Source: a plasmid. From it: 64,000 bases of DNA. The translations under genes were made by a program, and so were the position numbers. The notes beneath the pieces were generated by a model. That model saw only the letters and a list, made by a program, of their open reading frames with translations, was not told where the DNA came from and made no database searches. The DNA lies in sequence record NZ_CP023526.1; one strand, 5' to 3'. Shown here piece by piece: positions 18,609 through 29,077 of the stretch (its first letter is position 1; the number at the start of each line of letters is the position of its first letter).

Positions 18609-19338
18609 TAAAGGTTTTAATAACGGGCCTGTCGGCCAGTGATATGACAGAGAATCCGCTATTCTCAACAATTTTCACACTTGTTGCCCCGTTTTCCCAC
18701 TGATGACAGACTGCAGGGGAAACCGATAATAAAATGTCTCCCGTTTTGCGTTGAAAAAGTGTATGCGCATGGCCGGAACCAATAAACCTGACGCCGTTTC
18801 TTCGACAAACGCTCAAAAGTTCGTGACCATTTAACAGCAAACACTCATCAACCAAAGGCGTACCAACGGGTAGCAGGTGATGATGCAAAAAAACAGCCGT
18901 CTTTCTGTCTGAATCACTCAGCTGACTTTCAAGTTGATTGAGTTCCTGAGGTGAAATAAGGCCATAGTCGTCCCCCTTCACTACGCTGTTAACGAACAAA
19001 ATGCGCCATTGGCTGTCGGAAAGCTGGAAAGCATCAACATTATTGATGCCCCCGTGTTGTTGATGTGCCAGTAAGACATGTTCAGCACTATCATGGTTTC
19101 CCAAAAGATAAGCATAAGGAATATCGAGCAATTCCATTTTGCTAAAAAAATAGCGATACGACTCAACACTGCCATCATGGCTGATATCGCCGCTGACGAC
19201 AATCCCGTCAACATTTAGCAGATCGCGATGCGATATGATGTATGAAACAACCGAGTCAAAAGACGCCCGGTTTTTAATCGCCGCAGCAGATGAGGTATCA
19301 GAAAAAAGATGAATATCTGTGAGCTGTAAAATACGCAT
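18601..19338 (-). CDS. Calcineurin-like metallophosphoesterase, CpdA/Icc-like (class III 3',5'-cyclic-nucleotide phosphodiesterase family)
   Basis: Motifs D-x-H (LTDIHL), GDxxxxG (SGDISHDG), GNHD, HHH and GHAH, in the order seen in E. coli CpdA. AT-rich codon usage. Confidence 0.65.
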   Translation of the reverse strand: MRILQLTDIHLFSDTSSAAAIKNRASFDSVVSYIISHRDLLNVDGIVVSGDISHDGSVESYRYFFSKMELLDIPYAYLLGNHDSAEHVLLAHQQHGGINNVDAFQLSDSQWRILFVNSVVKGDDYGLISPQELNQLESQLSDSDRKTAVFLHHHLLPVGTPLVDECLLLNGHELLSVCRRNGVRFIGSGHAHTLFQRKTGDILLSVSPAVCHQWENGATSVKIVENSGFSVISLADRPVIKTFII

Positions 19339-19339
19339 A

Positions 19340-20038
19340 TCAACCTTCCTTTGTTTTTCTCAGCCATAAAATGGGATTATACGATTCACCCCAGTCAAAA
19401 TGATCTGTTTTTTCTATGCGTTTAACAAACGCAGCGAGTATGATAGCCAGCGGTAAAAGCACAATAGAAATGATAACCTTGTAACTCCATGTTGTAAGGA
19501 TAATATTTATTAGCTCATAAAATTTATATTTACCTGATAAGCTTATCGGATACGCAGTCAGCAGCAACGCCCCTTGAGTAATAACAGCACCCAATGTGTA
19601 TCTGATGAAAAACAGTTTCCCCGAAAACAGCATTTTCATTTTTGAGATAAAAATACCGTTAATAAAATATGATACTGGCACAGAGATCCAGGTACCGATC
19701 ATCACACGCCAGAAATCATGATACATGAGATAATATCGCCGGGAAATTTCATTATAATCCATCTGAATAATTGATGACAGATTGAGAGCAACAACGTAAA
19801 ACGTCTGACATATAACCATGATCCATATAGAACGCACTGATAATTTATAGCCATACACCTCGGTCAATATCGTAGATATTAAGAAGCATAACGAAAAAAT
19901 GACACCACTTGCCGTGATCTTAAGGTCATACACAGAGTACACCTTATAAACAAGTGTGTCGCAGGTTATCATTATTGTAACAAGCAACCCGACAAAAAAA
20001 CCATAGAGTTTAAAATCATTATTCATGTCAGCACCCAA
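19340..20038 (-). CDS. YhhQ/DUF165 (COG1738) family transporter (queuosine-precursor / 7-deazapurine transporter family)
   Basis: Six predicted TM segments. Conserved stretches FSLCFLISTILTEVYGYKLS and KVIISIVLLP parallel E. coli YhhQ (FSFPFIFLATDLTVRIFG, KVLISIVFFLP). It overlaps the downstream PDE gene by 1 nt, indicating an operon. Confidence 0.6.
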   Translation of the reverse strand: MGADMNNDFKLYGFFVGLLVTIMITCDTLVYKVYSVYDLKITASGVIFSLCFLISTILTEVYGYKLSVRSIWIMVICQTFYVVALNLSSIIQMDYNEISRRYYLMYHDFWRVMIGTWISVPVSYFINGIFISKMKMLFSGKLFFIRYTLGAVITQGALLLTAYPISLSGKYKFYELINIILTTWSYKVIISIVLLPLAIILAAFVKRIEKTDHFDWGESYNPILWLRKTKEG

Positions 20039-20302
20039 CCAATAAACGAACTCCAGAAATCTGGTACGTTGCTATGAGGTCATTCACTTCGCACCAACCA
20101 GAGCAGATACATCCTCCTTTTATGCAGGGGGTGCATGTTATGTCTGTGTGCTAAAGCGAAAGCGTATACCCTCAATAAAATGCAGGTCGGGAAAATTTAT
20201 TGCAAGAATTAGGGTTATTAACGACTGTTATTTAAGAGAATTCTTCTGTGCAAACTTTAATTTCAAAGAATACACTTTAAAATCTTGTTGTTAAAAAAAT
20301 CA

Positions 20303-20704
20303 TCAGCCTTCAGCATCAAAAATCCGATCCAATTGCTCAGCTGAGTTTCGCCGTATTTCAGCCCTGATAGATTCAAACTGATATTCCCCACGGGATTTCA
20401 CCTCATCAATTTCGCCAACCATACGGAGGAGCATCGTCGATGCATAGCTGGTTTTCAGCATATAATCCATCAGTATCCGGTTAAAATCAGCCTGCCCTGC
20501 GTCGTTATCGGTTCTGTTTTCTTCGCCCTCAGCTTCTCTTTTCTTTTGAGCCGAATAAACACGAAGGCCAAGATCAAGAAGCATCCCGCACACCGATGAA
20601 ATATTTGCCTGGCTGACATCAGCTCCGTCATTTCTTTTTTCGTCCACTATCTGACGAACCCGCTCATAATTATTTTTATCAATGTAGACCTGTGCTCTTG
20701 GCAT
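20303..20704 (-). CDS. traM: TraM relaxosome accessory protein (F-like)
   Basis: Aligns along its whole length with F TraM (VYIDKNNYERVRQIVDEKRNDGA...MLLDLGLRVYSAQ versus VNLYISNDAYEKINAIIEKRRQEGA...MLLELGLRVHEAQ). Confidence 0.8.
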   Translation of the reverse strand: MPRAQVYIDKNNYERVRQIVDEKRNDGADVSQANISSVCGMLLDLGLRVYSAQKKREAEGEENRTDNDAGQADFNRILMDYMLKTSYASTMLLRMVGEIDEVKSRGEYQFESIRAEIRRNSAEQLDRIFDAEG

Positions 20705-20740
20705 GCTCTCAGCTCTCTTATCTGCGCTATTTCAACGTCC

Positions 20741-21100
20741 GTTTACCGGTTAAAAAATGGTCTAACTCTGACACCAAAATCAGACTCTATGTCACAATTT
20801 AGCATAGAGTCTGATTTAGAGTCTAGTTACAAAACACACAATAAATTAGAGTCTAAATCAGACTATGCAATAGAGTCTGATTCAGACTCTAGTCATTATA
20901 ATTATATGTTTTTATTGCGATAGTCTGATTAGAGTCGCCAGAAGACTCTAACCAGACTCTGTTGAGGACTCCAATTAGAGTCTGATTTATTGCAAAATGC
21001 GTTAAGTGAACACTAATGCTTCAATATAACTTATTGTTTTAAAAGCATCTTGCAGGATTTTCAAATCCTGCGTCAGGTGTGGTAATTATCAGATCAATGA
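20741..21100. promoter_or_regulatory. F-like oriT region: array of about 10 GANTC (GAGTC/GACTC) TraM-binding-type motifs at about 12-bp phasing, plus a candidate nic-like sequence (caggtgtggtaatt, about 21066-21080)
   Basis: Repeated (t)agagtctgatt units in both orientations immediately upstream of traM. TraM of F-like plasmids is known to bind GANTC repeats in sbmA-C. Confidence 0.6.
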
Positions 21101-21600
21101 GCTGGGTCTTAAAATACCATCGTCACCTGTCTCGTTTGTGCCAGAATAATGGCGGGAATATGCCCTATCTGTATGACTTTAGTCCCTAAAATTATTAATA
21201 AAGTTAGCTGCTCATTCGCAATTGCCATTCAGCATATAAACACTAAAGCTTATCTGAAGACCCACGAAATGATATCTCGAATAATCTGATATTTCTCATT
21301 CATGTTTATATCAATGCGTTGTTAGGGAATCATTCATCCCCCGTTGTGACAAGCGTATTATCTGCCAAACTAATAATGTCGATATGTGGCCATATTTTAC
21401 AATGATGCAATAACCTGCATTTCCGCATGAAGCCGATCCCATCATAGAGGATACATAGAGATTGGAAGGTATTTTTGGGTGTTTTGGCTCAGTCCTGACA
21501 ACGGTGACCCTGCGGATGACACCACGAAATTGATAACTTATGTGGAATCCAGACCGGGTCACAACAGCACATTTTTTGACCTACACAGACAGTTATATTT

Positions 21601-22518
21601 TCATTGTACCGCATCCTGTTCATCAAACTGAATGGCTATTTTCAGTTTATCCAGCTCTTCTATCCACCAGGATTTATAGCGAGACGGGTTACGATTTTCC
21701 CATCCAACCCAAACGGGTTCCCGCCCAAGTTCATATCCCAGATCAACAATACTGAGTGTTTGATTATCGAGTTGTTTCTTGACAGCAAGCATAGGCACAA
21801 TACCGATTCCATATCCCTCCTCGAGCAGAGAAAACTGTGTAAAAAAATCATTAACGAGAATTTTATTTTTTATTTTAAGTTGTGTTATATCATATCTGAC
21901 GTGTGAATCCAGACTGCTGTTTGTAATTATCGCTAACAACTCGCCCTCTTCATCTTTTTGACACCAAATTTTTTTATGATTTCTTTCAATATATTCTGGT
22001 GCCGCACAAAATATTAATTTATTCTCTCCAATAAATTTACTTTTCACATCCACCTGGGAAGGACATGATATGTTGGAAATGACAAAATCCAACTTTGAAC
22101 TTTCCAAATCACCCCATTCTGAACCATCCTTCATTTTATTTATTTTTATCTTTATTTTTGGGTATTTAACTGAAAAGTCATGTAATGATCTTCCCAACAG
22201 GTTAATAGAGAATGATTCACTCACGCCCAAGTTAAACACCGGGTTCCTTGGGTTTTTTATCATTAACTTGCATTCAAGATTATCAATTGCCTTCAGGATC
22301 CATTCACCTTCAGTCGCAATATTCTCTCCTTCCTTTGTAAGAGAGATAAGCGGGCCATTGCGGTCGAACAATTTCACCCCTAAATTTCGCTCAAGACAAA
22401 TCACCCGATATGATATCGCGGAAGGTGTTTTATTCATGAGCCTAGCGGTTGTCGAAAACGAACCTGTAAGCTTAATTAGGTTTATGATTTTCAGCGCGTC
22501 AAGTGATAGCTTGGCCAT
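21601..22518 (-). CDS. LysR-family transcriptional regulator
   Basis: N-terminal LysR HTH (TGSFSTTARLMNKTPSAISYRVICLERNLGVKLFDR) and a substrate-binding-domain layout. Confidence 0.8.
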   Translation of the reverse strand: MAKLSLDALKIINLIKLTGSFSTTARLMNKTPSAISYRVICLERNLGVKLFDRNGPLISLTKEGENIATEGEWILKAIDNLECKLMIKNPRNPVFNLGVSESFSINLLGRSLHDFSVKYPKIKIKINKMKDGSEWGDLESSKLDFVISNISCPSQVDVKSKFIGENKLIFCAAPEYIERNHKKIWCQKDEEGELLAIITNSSLDSHVRYDITQLKIKNKILVNDFFTQFSLLEEGYGIGIVPMLAVKKQLDNQTLSIVDLGYELGREPVWVGWENRNPSRYKSWWIEELDKLKIAIQFDEQDAVQ

Positions 22519-23514
22519 TATTCATGAGTTCCACAGATTTTTCAATGAGTAACAAGTATTCAATGTCCATGTGTTCTTCTCAACGGTATTGGCACAAAGT
22601 AATCGTTACTTATTCATCTCCGTCGATTACAACTCTTACCACACGAAGCTCATTTATTACCGTTCACCTTTTTAGTCCCCACAAGAAGTTACCGAGCAAA
22701 CCAACGGAAGCAAGGTGGTAAACGGAAATAAACATCACCAGGGCAGAGGCGAATACTATGTCCACTCAGGCACCAGATCGCGCGCATCTTTTTGCCTTTA
22801 AGAGCCCACATCTATATTAATATACCCCTTTCCTTGATCAAATATGATGCAGGTCAGGCCATATCGGTGAAGCACGGCATCATTGTCGATAACGTCCGGT
22901 TCTACCTGAGAGATACTACAGCTGATGATCGATCATTCAGCATGAGTTTAACGACTGGTCTCTGTTTTCTATGAGGATGACTTTACTATTCCCCCACCGG
23001 TTCGCGTGGAAATAAACAGGGTTTGATAAGCTACAACCTCGTTTTCTGCCTGTCTGCACCTGCATCAACAGACAGACCAGTTCCCCTCCATGTAGAAATC
23101 ATACAGACAAAAAACAACAACGTTATCAGACATATTTATCAATGTACGTACCCTTTTCCACGTTAATATAGGACCAAGAGGCATGCCAATACTATTGAGA
23201 GCGCCGGGAAAGAAGCCCGGAAAACTCTGAATTCAGCTTGCTGGCACACAGAAACATGCGTTCTGGACTGATACAATATGTCCGCCCGATGCTTTGATTT
23301 AGAAATTTTCAAGCTGAAAAAAATCAACGATCTTTCTGGTTCAACACCCCAATTTTTTTAATGTTGGTGATTATGTCTGCTAATCGTTGAGTTCCTGCAG
23401 GTTTTTGGACTCAGTAATCGTAAATATTTCTGAAGAGAGTCCGGCGACTTTCTCATTTAACAAAAAAAAGATCATCAGGTTAAGAATCAGCACTCCGGGA
23501 AAGGCAGGTAAAAC

Positions 23515-23883
23515 ATGGTATTCGGATCGCACGCAGGTGATCTTAAAGGGACGGTTTTTCTCAGTCTCGGGCAGCATATTCTGGCCACCCTGCTAATATT
23601 TTCAGTGTTCCGATTTGCCGGTTGCACAAGCGATACATATACACTGGGACCCTTGACCGACAACGTTGTCAACCACGGGAATCTGACAATGAATTACCTA
23701 ATTATATCGTACCGATCTCAATACAAGTCAGGGGGTACGATGTCACACGAGGGTGACTTTAGACGATGCCCTCCAGACATCAATATGATGCAAAGTGACC
23801 GGATGCATGCAAATTCCCCAGGATGTCACCCACACGAAACGTACTTTTCTATTAAAAATGATTACTTATGCAATACTCTGTAG
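23515..23883 (+). CDS. Possible small lipoprotein (lipobox FAGC)
   Basis: Signal-peptide-like ILATLLIFSVFRFAGC. Weak call. The ORF overlaps the start of the next gene. Confidence 0.25.
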   Translation: MVFGSHAGDLKGTVFLSLGQHILATLLIFSVFRFAGCTSDTYTLGPLTDNVVNHGNLTMNYLIISYRSQYKSGGTMSHEGDFRRCPPDINMMQSDRMHANSPGCHPHETYFSIKNDYLCNTL

Positions 23884-24638
23884 ATAATAAAATTATAGTA
23901 ACACAGTCCGGCATCACTACCCCAGACGATGAATCCACGCAATTTATCATTTCTGCCGTGCCACTGCGTTTACTGACCTACTTTGTTAAAAACAGCAACA
24001 GACTGATTACACGTGAAGAAATTTATTATCATGTGTGGGAAATGCACGACCTGACACCATCAGGAACAGCCCTGGCGACTCAAATGAGTTATCTCAGAAA
24101 AATCTTGTCTTCTTATGGCCTTGGTGATGATGTACTGATCACGAAGCCAAAACTTGGTTTTATTTTTAACGCAACGATTACACAAACAACCGGGATATCA
24201 GAAACCATTCACAATGAAATTGAAGAAGAAAATGAAGAAATAAAAGAGAAAAAAAATTATAATAACACCATTTGTTACATTGTAATTTTCTGCGCTGTAC
24301 TTACAACCATTGCATATTTATTGTTTTTTAAGACGGAGAAAGAAAGTGACATTAACTGGCATACACTGAACACAATTAAAGGTTGCCACGTTTACATAAT
24401 GAATCCTGACATATCACAGACTGTTTCAATGTACTATCAAAAAAAGGCTTATGAATTTATCACTAAAAATGGTCTACGTTGTGATGCCGACGACATGGTG
24501 CTTATAAATATTCAACACCCTGACACCAACGGTCACGATAATGTCTATGAGACCAAGCAATTTTATTCATATTGTAAAAAAATGAAGGAAAATTACATAT
24601 GCGACAACACTTATTTTTCTGCAGGAAAAATAGACTAA
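23868..24638 (+). CDS. ToxR/CadC/PsaE-like membrane-anchored winged-helix (OmpR-type) transcriptional activator
   Basis: N-terminal OmpR/PhoB-type wHTH (LLTYFVKNSNRLITREEIYYHVWE...LRKIL), a single TM segment (ICYIVIFCAVLTTIAYLLFF), and a periplasmic C-terminus. Confidence 0.6.
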   Translation: MQYSVDNKIIVTQSGITTPDDESTQFIISAVPLRLLTYFVKNSNRLITREEIYYHVWEMHDLTPSGTALATQMSYLRKILSSYGLGDDVLITKPKLGFIFNATITQTTGISETIHNEIEEENEEIKEKKNYNNTICYIVIFCAVLTTIAYLLFFKTEKESDINWHTLNTIKGCHVYIMNPDISQTVSMYYQKKAYEFITKNGLRCDADDMVLINIQHPDTNGHDNVYETKQFYSYCKKMKENYICDNTYFSAGKID

Positions 24639-25090
24639 CACTTTCTTTAACCGCATTATTTATCGTCGTCATTATGGCTTTCTATTTTATAAAAAACACA
24701 CATAAAATTCTAATTCATTGTAGCAGTCAAATAAATTCTATTTTTGGTGACAATGAAACCTACCCCACGTTTAGTGGCATTTATACATTCATGCTTGACG
24801 ATGGACAGGGTTATATCTCAGTCAACGGTATTTTCCATACACAAAGTAATACCTATACAGTCCAGAAAATAATTAAAATCTCACTTCACACGGTGTCCTA
24901 TGATCAGGTCTTCTATGATATTAAGCAAGCCTCAGTACAGAGCCTTACCGGCGATAACCTGCCTGATACCCTGTATGTACGATACATATTAAGCCCCTTC
25001 ACTGTTATTGCCCTTGACAAAACACTCCACAATTCCTACCTCATTCGCAACCTATACTCTCCTGTTCTGATATGCAATCCCATGAATTAA
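24599..25090 (+). CDS. Single-pass membrane protein, candidate ToxS/PsaF/TcpH-like partner of the upstream ToxR-like regulator
   Basis: One N-terminal TM (LTALFIVVIMAFYF). Gene position and size match known ToxR-partner pairs. No sequence-level proof. Confidence 0.35.
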   Translation: MRQHLFFCRKNRLTLSLTALFIVVIMAFYFIKNTHKILIHCSSQINSIFGDNETYPTFSGIYTFMLDDGQGYISVNGIFHTQSNTYTVQKIIKISLHTVSYDQVFYDIKQASVQSLTGDNLPDTLYVRYILSPFTVIALDKTLHNSYLIRNLYSPVLICNPMN

Positions 25091-25317
25091 TAAAGCAAAA
25101 ACATAATAATCCAGCCACAAAAAGAATAAAAAGTTAAAAAACAAAATAAAATAGGAATTAAAAACTAATTAAAGACATCAAATCAGTTTAACATTTCATA
25201 AAAGATTTCTTTTTGAGAGCATTAATGCGTCCAAGAGAGGTGCCTATTACGTCAGTTCCTGTACTGCGAACGGACGCTAGCACACCTCATTAACGCATAG
25301 CAGTACGCATGACATGA

Positions 25318-25944
25318 GTGAATGAAATGGCATATCAAAAATTCCCTGACATAACCGAGTACCGGTATGGCAACAACAGTCGTGTACTTATACGGACTAA
25401 TGTGCCATTTCTTGAAGTGACACTTAAATTCTGCACAGAGCGTTTTTTTTCAACCGACATGGGCGTTCTGTATATCATTGATGCAATACTTTTCAGTAGT
25501 TTCTCTGATCTGTTGAATCATCTAAGAAGGGTAAATGCCGTTAAACCTGATATGCATATCATAATTATTGATGATAATAAGCCAACTCAACAATCTGAAG
25601 GAGAGTTCTGCCCATGGATCCTATCAACTAAAGACTCTATTGAATCACTTATTTCATGTCTGAAGGCATTGAACTCCGCGGTCGATAATTTTAATGATAT
25701 AGTCACGTACTATGAAAACAGGCGTAAGATGGGCTATCTGGATCCGAGACAGGCACAAATGCTGGAATGGGTTTGTAAGGGAGAGTCTATCGATTGTATT
25801 GCCTCCAGAATGAATCTTTCACCTAAAACCGTTTACTACAACCTGAGAAAAGTCTCAGCTTATCTCGGCATGAAAAATCTGTCTCAGCTCATCGTGTTCA
25901 TGCTCCGCGAACATTATGTCCCATTTTGTTTGAATGCACGCTGA
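25318..25944 (+). CDS. LuxR-family regulator (GerE HTH at C-terminus)
   Basis: LDPRQAQMLEWVCKGESIDCIASRMNLSPKTVYYNLRKVSAYLGMKN is a LuxR-type HTH. Confidence 0.6.
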   Translation: MNEMAYQKFPDITEYRYGNNSRVLIRTNVPFLEVTLKFCTERFFSTDMGVLYIIDAILFSSFSDLLNHLRRVNAVKPDMHIIIIDDNKPTQQSEGEFCPWILSTKDSIESLISCLKALNSAVDNFNDIVTYYENRRKMGYLDPRQAQMLEWVCKGESIDCIASRMNLSPKTVYYNLRKVSAYLGMKNLSQLIVFMLREHYVPFCLNAR

Positions 25945-26999
25945 TCTTTTTTACGCACAAAAGAAACAGACTGCAGAGGCACTATTGTACGTTGCTCAAG
26001 ACCTGCCACAGTCTGTGGCCGGGTAATTTTTTCGGTCATTGCAATGATATTCATCACATGCTGTTTTGCAAAAAATGCACGACATCTGTTGCCATTTCAA
26101 CTGGTGGCTGTTGTGACTCCTGTAAGCCGGGGAAGATAATACACCACCTGCAAAAATTGCCATTCTCGCCCTGCAGCCCTCAACACTGAGTTCCGTAATA
26201 CTGGTATTGCGGCACAGGGTAAAATCAGGGTTGACAAGCTGGGCGCACTGAAACAGACAGAAATCACAGCGCTGCTGAAAGAGGGAGGAATTTTCGACGG
26301 GAGCAAAAATGCCTTCGTTCGGGGCTCCGACTGGCAAATCTGCGTGGCGCCCGAAAGGCGGATGTCGTTGCTTTACTCGCCCCCACCGTAGGGGATGATA
26401 TGTCTTACGGGCCCGCCAGCGGTATTTCGCAGCCGGCAAATGCCAGCCACTCTGAACTTGATTATGCCACGGTGAGTGTGTGCAAAACAGGGAAGCGCCG
26501 ATATGGTTTTGCACGCGGGTATATATCAAAAGATGACTCGCGGGGAACCCTGATGGTAAATGGAGAAACAGACGCAACAATACCCGCCTGGTCTGCAGCA
26601 GGCCGAAAGTGGAAAGGAGATATTACGCGTGTTCCTGCGGGGCAGCCCGATGCGACCGACTATGCCAGCCAGTTCCGCCTCAGCGCCCATCAGGTGCACT
26701 GTGGCACGTTTCTCGTCCTGAAACCGGTAAGGTATCATCCCGGCCTCTTGCAACACCCGCAGCACGTTCCCGGTACCCCGTTGGGTCTGCGTGTCCATCA
26801 GGAGGATCTGAACATTATCCCGGACGGCCCGACGAGCAGGACTTCCGCTTCTTGCAGGGCCGGCTTCTCACCTGGTCCACAATCAGGGCACTCAGATCCG
26901 ATGCAGAAAGCTTATCCCTGCCAATTGACTGAGGCCAACAATCGGGTTGCGGCTGTACAACAATCTGAATCGCCGAGGATTTAACAAACACCTCAGAGT

Positions 27000-27440
27000 C
27001 ATTTAAGATGGCTTAAAGAGAGGTGCCCATAAGCAGTAAGCGTTATCCTGAAGAGTTTAAAATTGAAGCACTCAAACAGGTTATTGATCGTGGCCATTCT
27101 GTTTCCAGTGACTGAAACGTGAACGGATAAAGAAAATGATCTACGGAACGCGAGAAGAAGCCTGCAGTGATATTTTTGATTACATCGAAATGTTTTATAG
27201 CGGCAAGCATCAGCATGGTTCGGGCGATCAGATGCCACACGAGAGTACCGCTATTTGTCCTCCCTTTTTTCTCATGAATATAGCCGCAAAACGTGGGAGT
27301 GGACGCCAGCTCCAGATTCACCTTCCCTGCTTCACCCTGAGTCCATCACGTATGACTTTCATTGCCGTTCTTCAACGCTGATATACCATTCATACTGTTG
27401 TCTGAAAAATATGCCCGTTCCCGGATATAATCAGGCGTTC
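27000..27440 (+). pseudogene. IS3-family remnant (orfA start fused to orfB C-terminus by internal deletion)
   Basis: RYPEEFKIEALKQVIDRGHSVS is an IS3 OrfA N-terminus. ...DYIEMFYSGKHQHGSGD... is a degenerate IS3 OrfB C-terminal motif (consensus ...EYIEVFYNRKRRHSSLGY). Confidence 0.5.
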
Positions 27441-27672
27441 TAAGTCGTTTTTAATGATCGAAACACACGCATGAGATCGAAATATCCGGATCGGATCCTT
27501 CATGTTTCTTTCTGCTGTTTCCTCGTGATTGTAATAATATTCTTTATGCATTAAAAATATCGTTAAAAGTAAGATACAAAAATATAAAACGTGATGTTTA
27601 CATATTGCATTTATGAAAAAAATAATTAAAAATCGACTTGCATCAATTTAATTTTAAACCAAGGAACTCAGA

Positions 27673-28077
27673 ATGTCAGAAGCATTGAAAATTCTTAACA
27701 ACATTCGTACGCTGCGCGCTCAGGCGCGTGAACTTCCTCTTGAAGCGCTGGAAGAAATGCTGGAGAAGCTCACCATCGTGGTCAGTGAGCGCCAGGAAGA
27801 AGAGGCATCCCAGCGTAAAGAACTCGAAGATAAACAGGCGAAGATTGACGCTTTTCGAGCCAAATTACTGGAAGAGGGAATTGATCCAAGCGAGTTGCTC
27901 TCCTCTCTGAAGGTCGTCTCAACAAAAACCAAGGCACCCCGTGAACCCCGCCCGGCAAAGTATAAGTATATCGATGAGAATGGGAGCGAAAAAACCTGGA
28001 CCGGTCAGGGCCGTACACCAAAAGCGATTGCCAGCGAGCTTGAAAAAGGTAAAACGCTCGACGATTTCGCCCTGTGA
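27673..28077 (+). CDS. H-NS family nucleoid-associated protein (horizontally acquired paralog, Sfh/Hfp-like)
   Basis: [20 protein letters not shown]...TWTGQGRTP...LDDF is near-identical in layout to H-NS. The upstream promoter region is AT-rich. Confidence 0.85.
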   Translation: MSEALKILNNIRTLRAQARELPLEALEEMLEKLTIVVSERQEEEASQRKELEDKQAKIDAFRAKLLEEGIDPSELLSSLKVVSTKTKAPREPRPAKYKYIDENGSEKTWTGQGRTPKAIASELEKGKTLDDFAL

Positions 28078-28480
28078 TCGTAAGGTTGGGTTAACAATTT
28101 ACCCCGGAGCTCACCCCTCACGCAGGCAACAGATCAGCGGGCTGAGTCGTTTATTGCGCGTACCTCTGCAGCATACAGGTGAGCCTGGTGGCTGAGAGGT
28201 ATTGCTCTCTCGCATTTTCATGGCAATGCCCACGTGCCGATGAAGGATTTTTTGAGTGCATCGCCAGGCATCTCCTGTACAGGCCACCTGAGTCCTTATT
28301 CACGGTAACAGTCAACTAAAACTGGTCACCGCTTTAAAGTTTCTCCAGTATCTATTCTCCGACTTGTAGGGTGATAACCCGTCGTCAAACTCGCGTGGCC
28401 TGAGTGCGCAGCTGGCAGCTCACCAGCCCCAGTTCTTTCATAATTTGCAAGCGCAGGCCATCGCCCCGTCAGGAAGCCCC

Positions 28481-29005
28481 TTAGTGTTGACATGGTCCCG
28501 ATACTTCTTGCGCCAGCAGAACCATGGCAGATGTTGTGCCGCTCCAGAACCTGGCATCGTAATATAGTCCAACTGTCGTCTGGCTTTTCAAGACTGTTTT
28601 TCCGGTATTTGTCGCTACTGCGATGAACCCTAACACCCGGCAGAATGTGGCGACAGAATAATGTGCTCTGAGTTTCCCTATTATCGGGAACTGTTGAAGG
28701 TGTCTGGCATCAAGAGTGTGGTAGATTTCTCCTGAGCTCACATATTTTAATTCGCTCCAGAGTGATAGGGGATACTTTTAGTGTCATTGCCCACTGCGCA
28801 TCACGCAACTGCTTCACCCATCGCGCCATCGTGGAAAGGCAACATTCACAGCGTTGGCTGCATCCGCAACCGTGTAATTCTGGCCAGGAACCCGTTGAGC
28901 GGATTCGCGTTTAAACCCCAGGCTGAAATGTCTTCTTTTCATTAGTGCACCTGTAATGTTCTGAGATGAGCACATCACCTCTGTGATGGTAGCAAAATTC
29001 TGCAA
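28481..29005 (-). pseudogene. IS3-family (IS911-like) orfA/orfB remnant
   Basis: [29 protein letters not shown] is an IS911 OrfA motif. The downstream fragment resembles the OrfB N-terminus. Both are truncated. Confidence 0.6.
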
Positions 29006-29024
29006 ACCACTTCAGACCCAAATT

Positions 29025-29068
29025 GCATTCAAACAAAAAGGAGTCAGACGATTTCTCATCTGACTCCT
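29025..29068 (-). terminator. Intrinsic terminator of the tRNA-Ile2 gene
   Basis: Minus-strand hairpin GGAGTCAGATGAGAAATCGTCTGACTCC followed by TTTTTGTTTG, immediately 3' of the tRNA. Confidence 0.65.
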
Positions 29069-29077
29069 TGTTTAATT

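Noticed and set aside
20741-21000. Considered whether the dense short repeats are a CRISPR array or replication iterons.
   Set aside because: The units are about 10-12 bp GANTC motifs in both orientations without unique spacers. Their position directly upstream of traM fits TraM-binding oriT sites instead.
22070-22552. 160-aa plus-strand ORF within the LysR gene region.
   Set aside because: It is antisense to a full-length LysR regulator with a clear HTH. Likely spurious.
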